A stretch of DNA of 64,000 nt from Anaeramoeba ignava BMAN. Taxonomy: Eukaryota > Protista > Anaeramoebae. Position numbers and translations under genes: made by a program. The first letter of the stretch is position 1, and every line of letters begins with the position of its first letter. Below are positions 63,701 through 64,000 of this stretch, one piece after another. The DNA is taken from positions 248,001 through 312,000 of the forward strand of contig JAPDFW010000084.1 in the NCBI GenBank assembly GCA_028826165.1. Direction: 5' to 3'. The notes under the pieces were generated by a model that searched no databases, was not told where the DNA came from, and worked only from the letters and a program-made list of their open reading frames with translations.

Positions 63701-64000
63701 TTCAAGATTAGTTGGTTCGCCTGATTGGGACGATTTTATAAGCTTTGAAGAACCAAGAAAAACAAATTGAGCCAAGCAATTGATGGTTTTGAGAAGATAT
63801 TTTTTTCTTTTGGAGAGGTTTTGCAAGTTTCCGATGAACACGATTGATTCAAATAGAGTTTTTAGTCCAAAATTTTGTTCAAATTCGTTGAAGAATATGA
63901 GGGACCATTTGGATTGCTGATGCAAAAGAACAAGAATCAGTTCAAAAATATCAACAACAACACTTAGTTTTGGTTCCGAGTTGAAGTTTTCTTCAACAAT
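54793..64000 (-). CDS. Large BEACH-domain protein (ARM-like/ConA-like, PH, BEACH, WD40; LYST/Lvs-like); 5' end off the window; one +1 frameshift within 61550-61641
   Basis: Frame open from 64000 to 61547, then a 2273-codon ORF. BEACH motifs [74 protein letters not shown]; C-terminal WD40. No introns seen. Confidence 0.93.

Noticed and set aside
54793-64000. Inteins or transposon-derived ORFs in the long genes
   Set aside because: No Hint splice motifs, homing endonuclease, transposase or reverse transcriptase motifs recognised; the inserts are N/Q/E low-complexity tracts.

Overview
Extremely AT-rich eukaryotic (protist) genomic DNA in the standard genetic code; no prokaryotic features. I assembled about 21 protein-coding genes by hand, 9 of them split by 38 GT-AG introns, plus one tRNA. 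In order: Zn-type macrodomain (partial), Nrd1/Seb1/SCAF8-like CID-RRM, BRE/BABAM2, cytochrome b5 reductase-like, NMD3, coiled-coil protein, NT-C2+DIL protein, Lys-rich coiled-coil protein, Nap1/NCKAP1, tRNA-Ser, MED9, BRO1/ALIX, MECR-like enoyl reductase, SH3-PX-BAR sorting nexin, WRAP53, SWF1/ZDHHC4-like palmitoyltransferase, coilin-like, imidazolonepropionase, PIG-Y-like, TBC RabGAP, and a large BEACH protein (partial). The composition and NQ/KE-repeat proteins resemble an Anaeramoeba-like amoeba (inference only). Most notable: a tRNA-Ser(AGA) interrupted 5' of the anticodon by a ~61-nt hairpin; introns inflated up to ~3 kb by simple repeats while promoters are tiny; 16 of 38 acceptors are AAG and many lack a pyrimidine tract; 'ghost' exon fragments inside repeat arrays; a +1 frameshift at TTT-CCC-A in the BEACH gene; and a DHYC acyltransferase that has lost its second zinc site. 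Most short ORFs in the supplied track are repeat or antisense artefacts. All calls are from manual reading and motif recognition; no searches were run.
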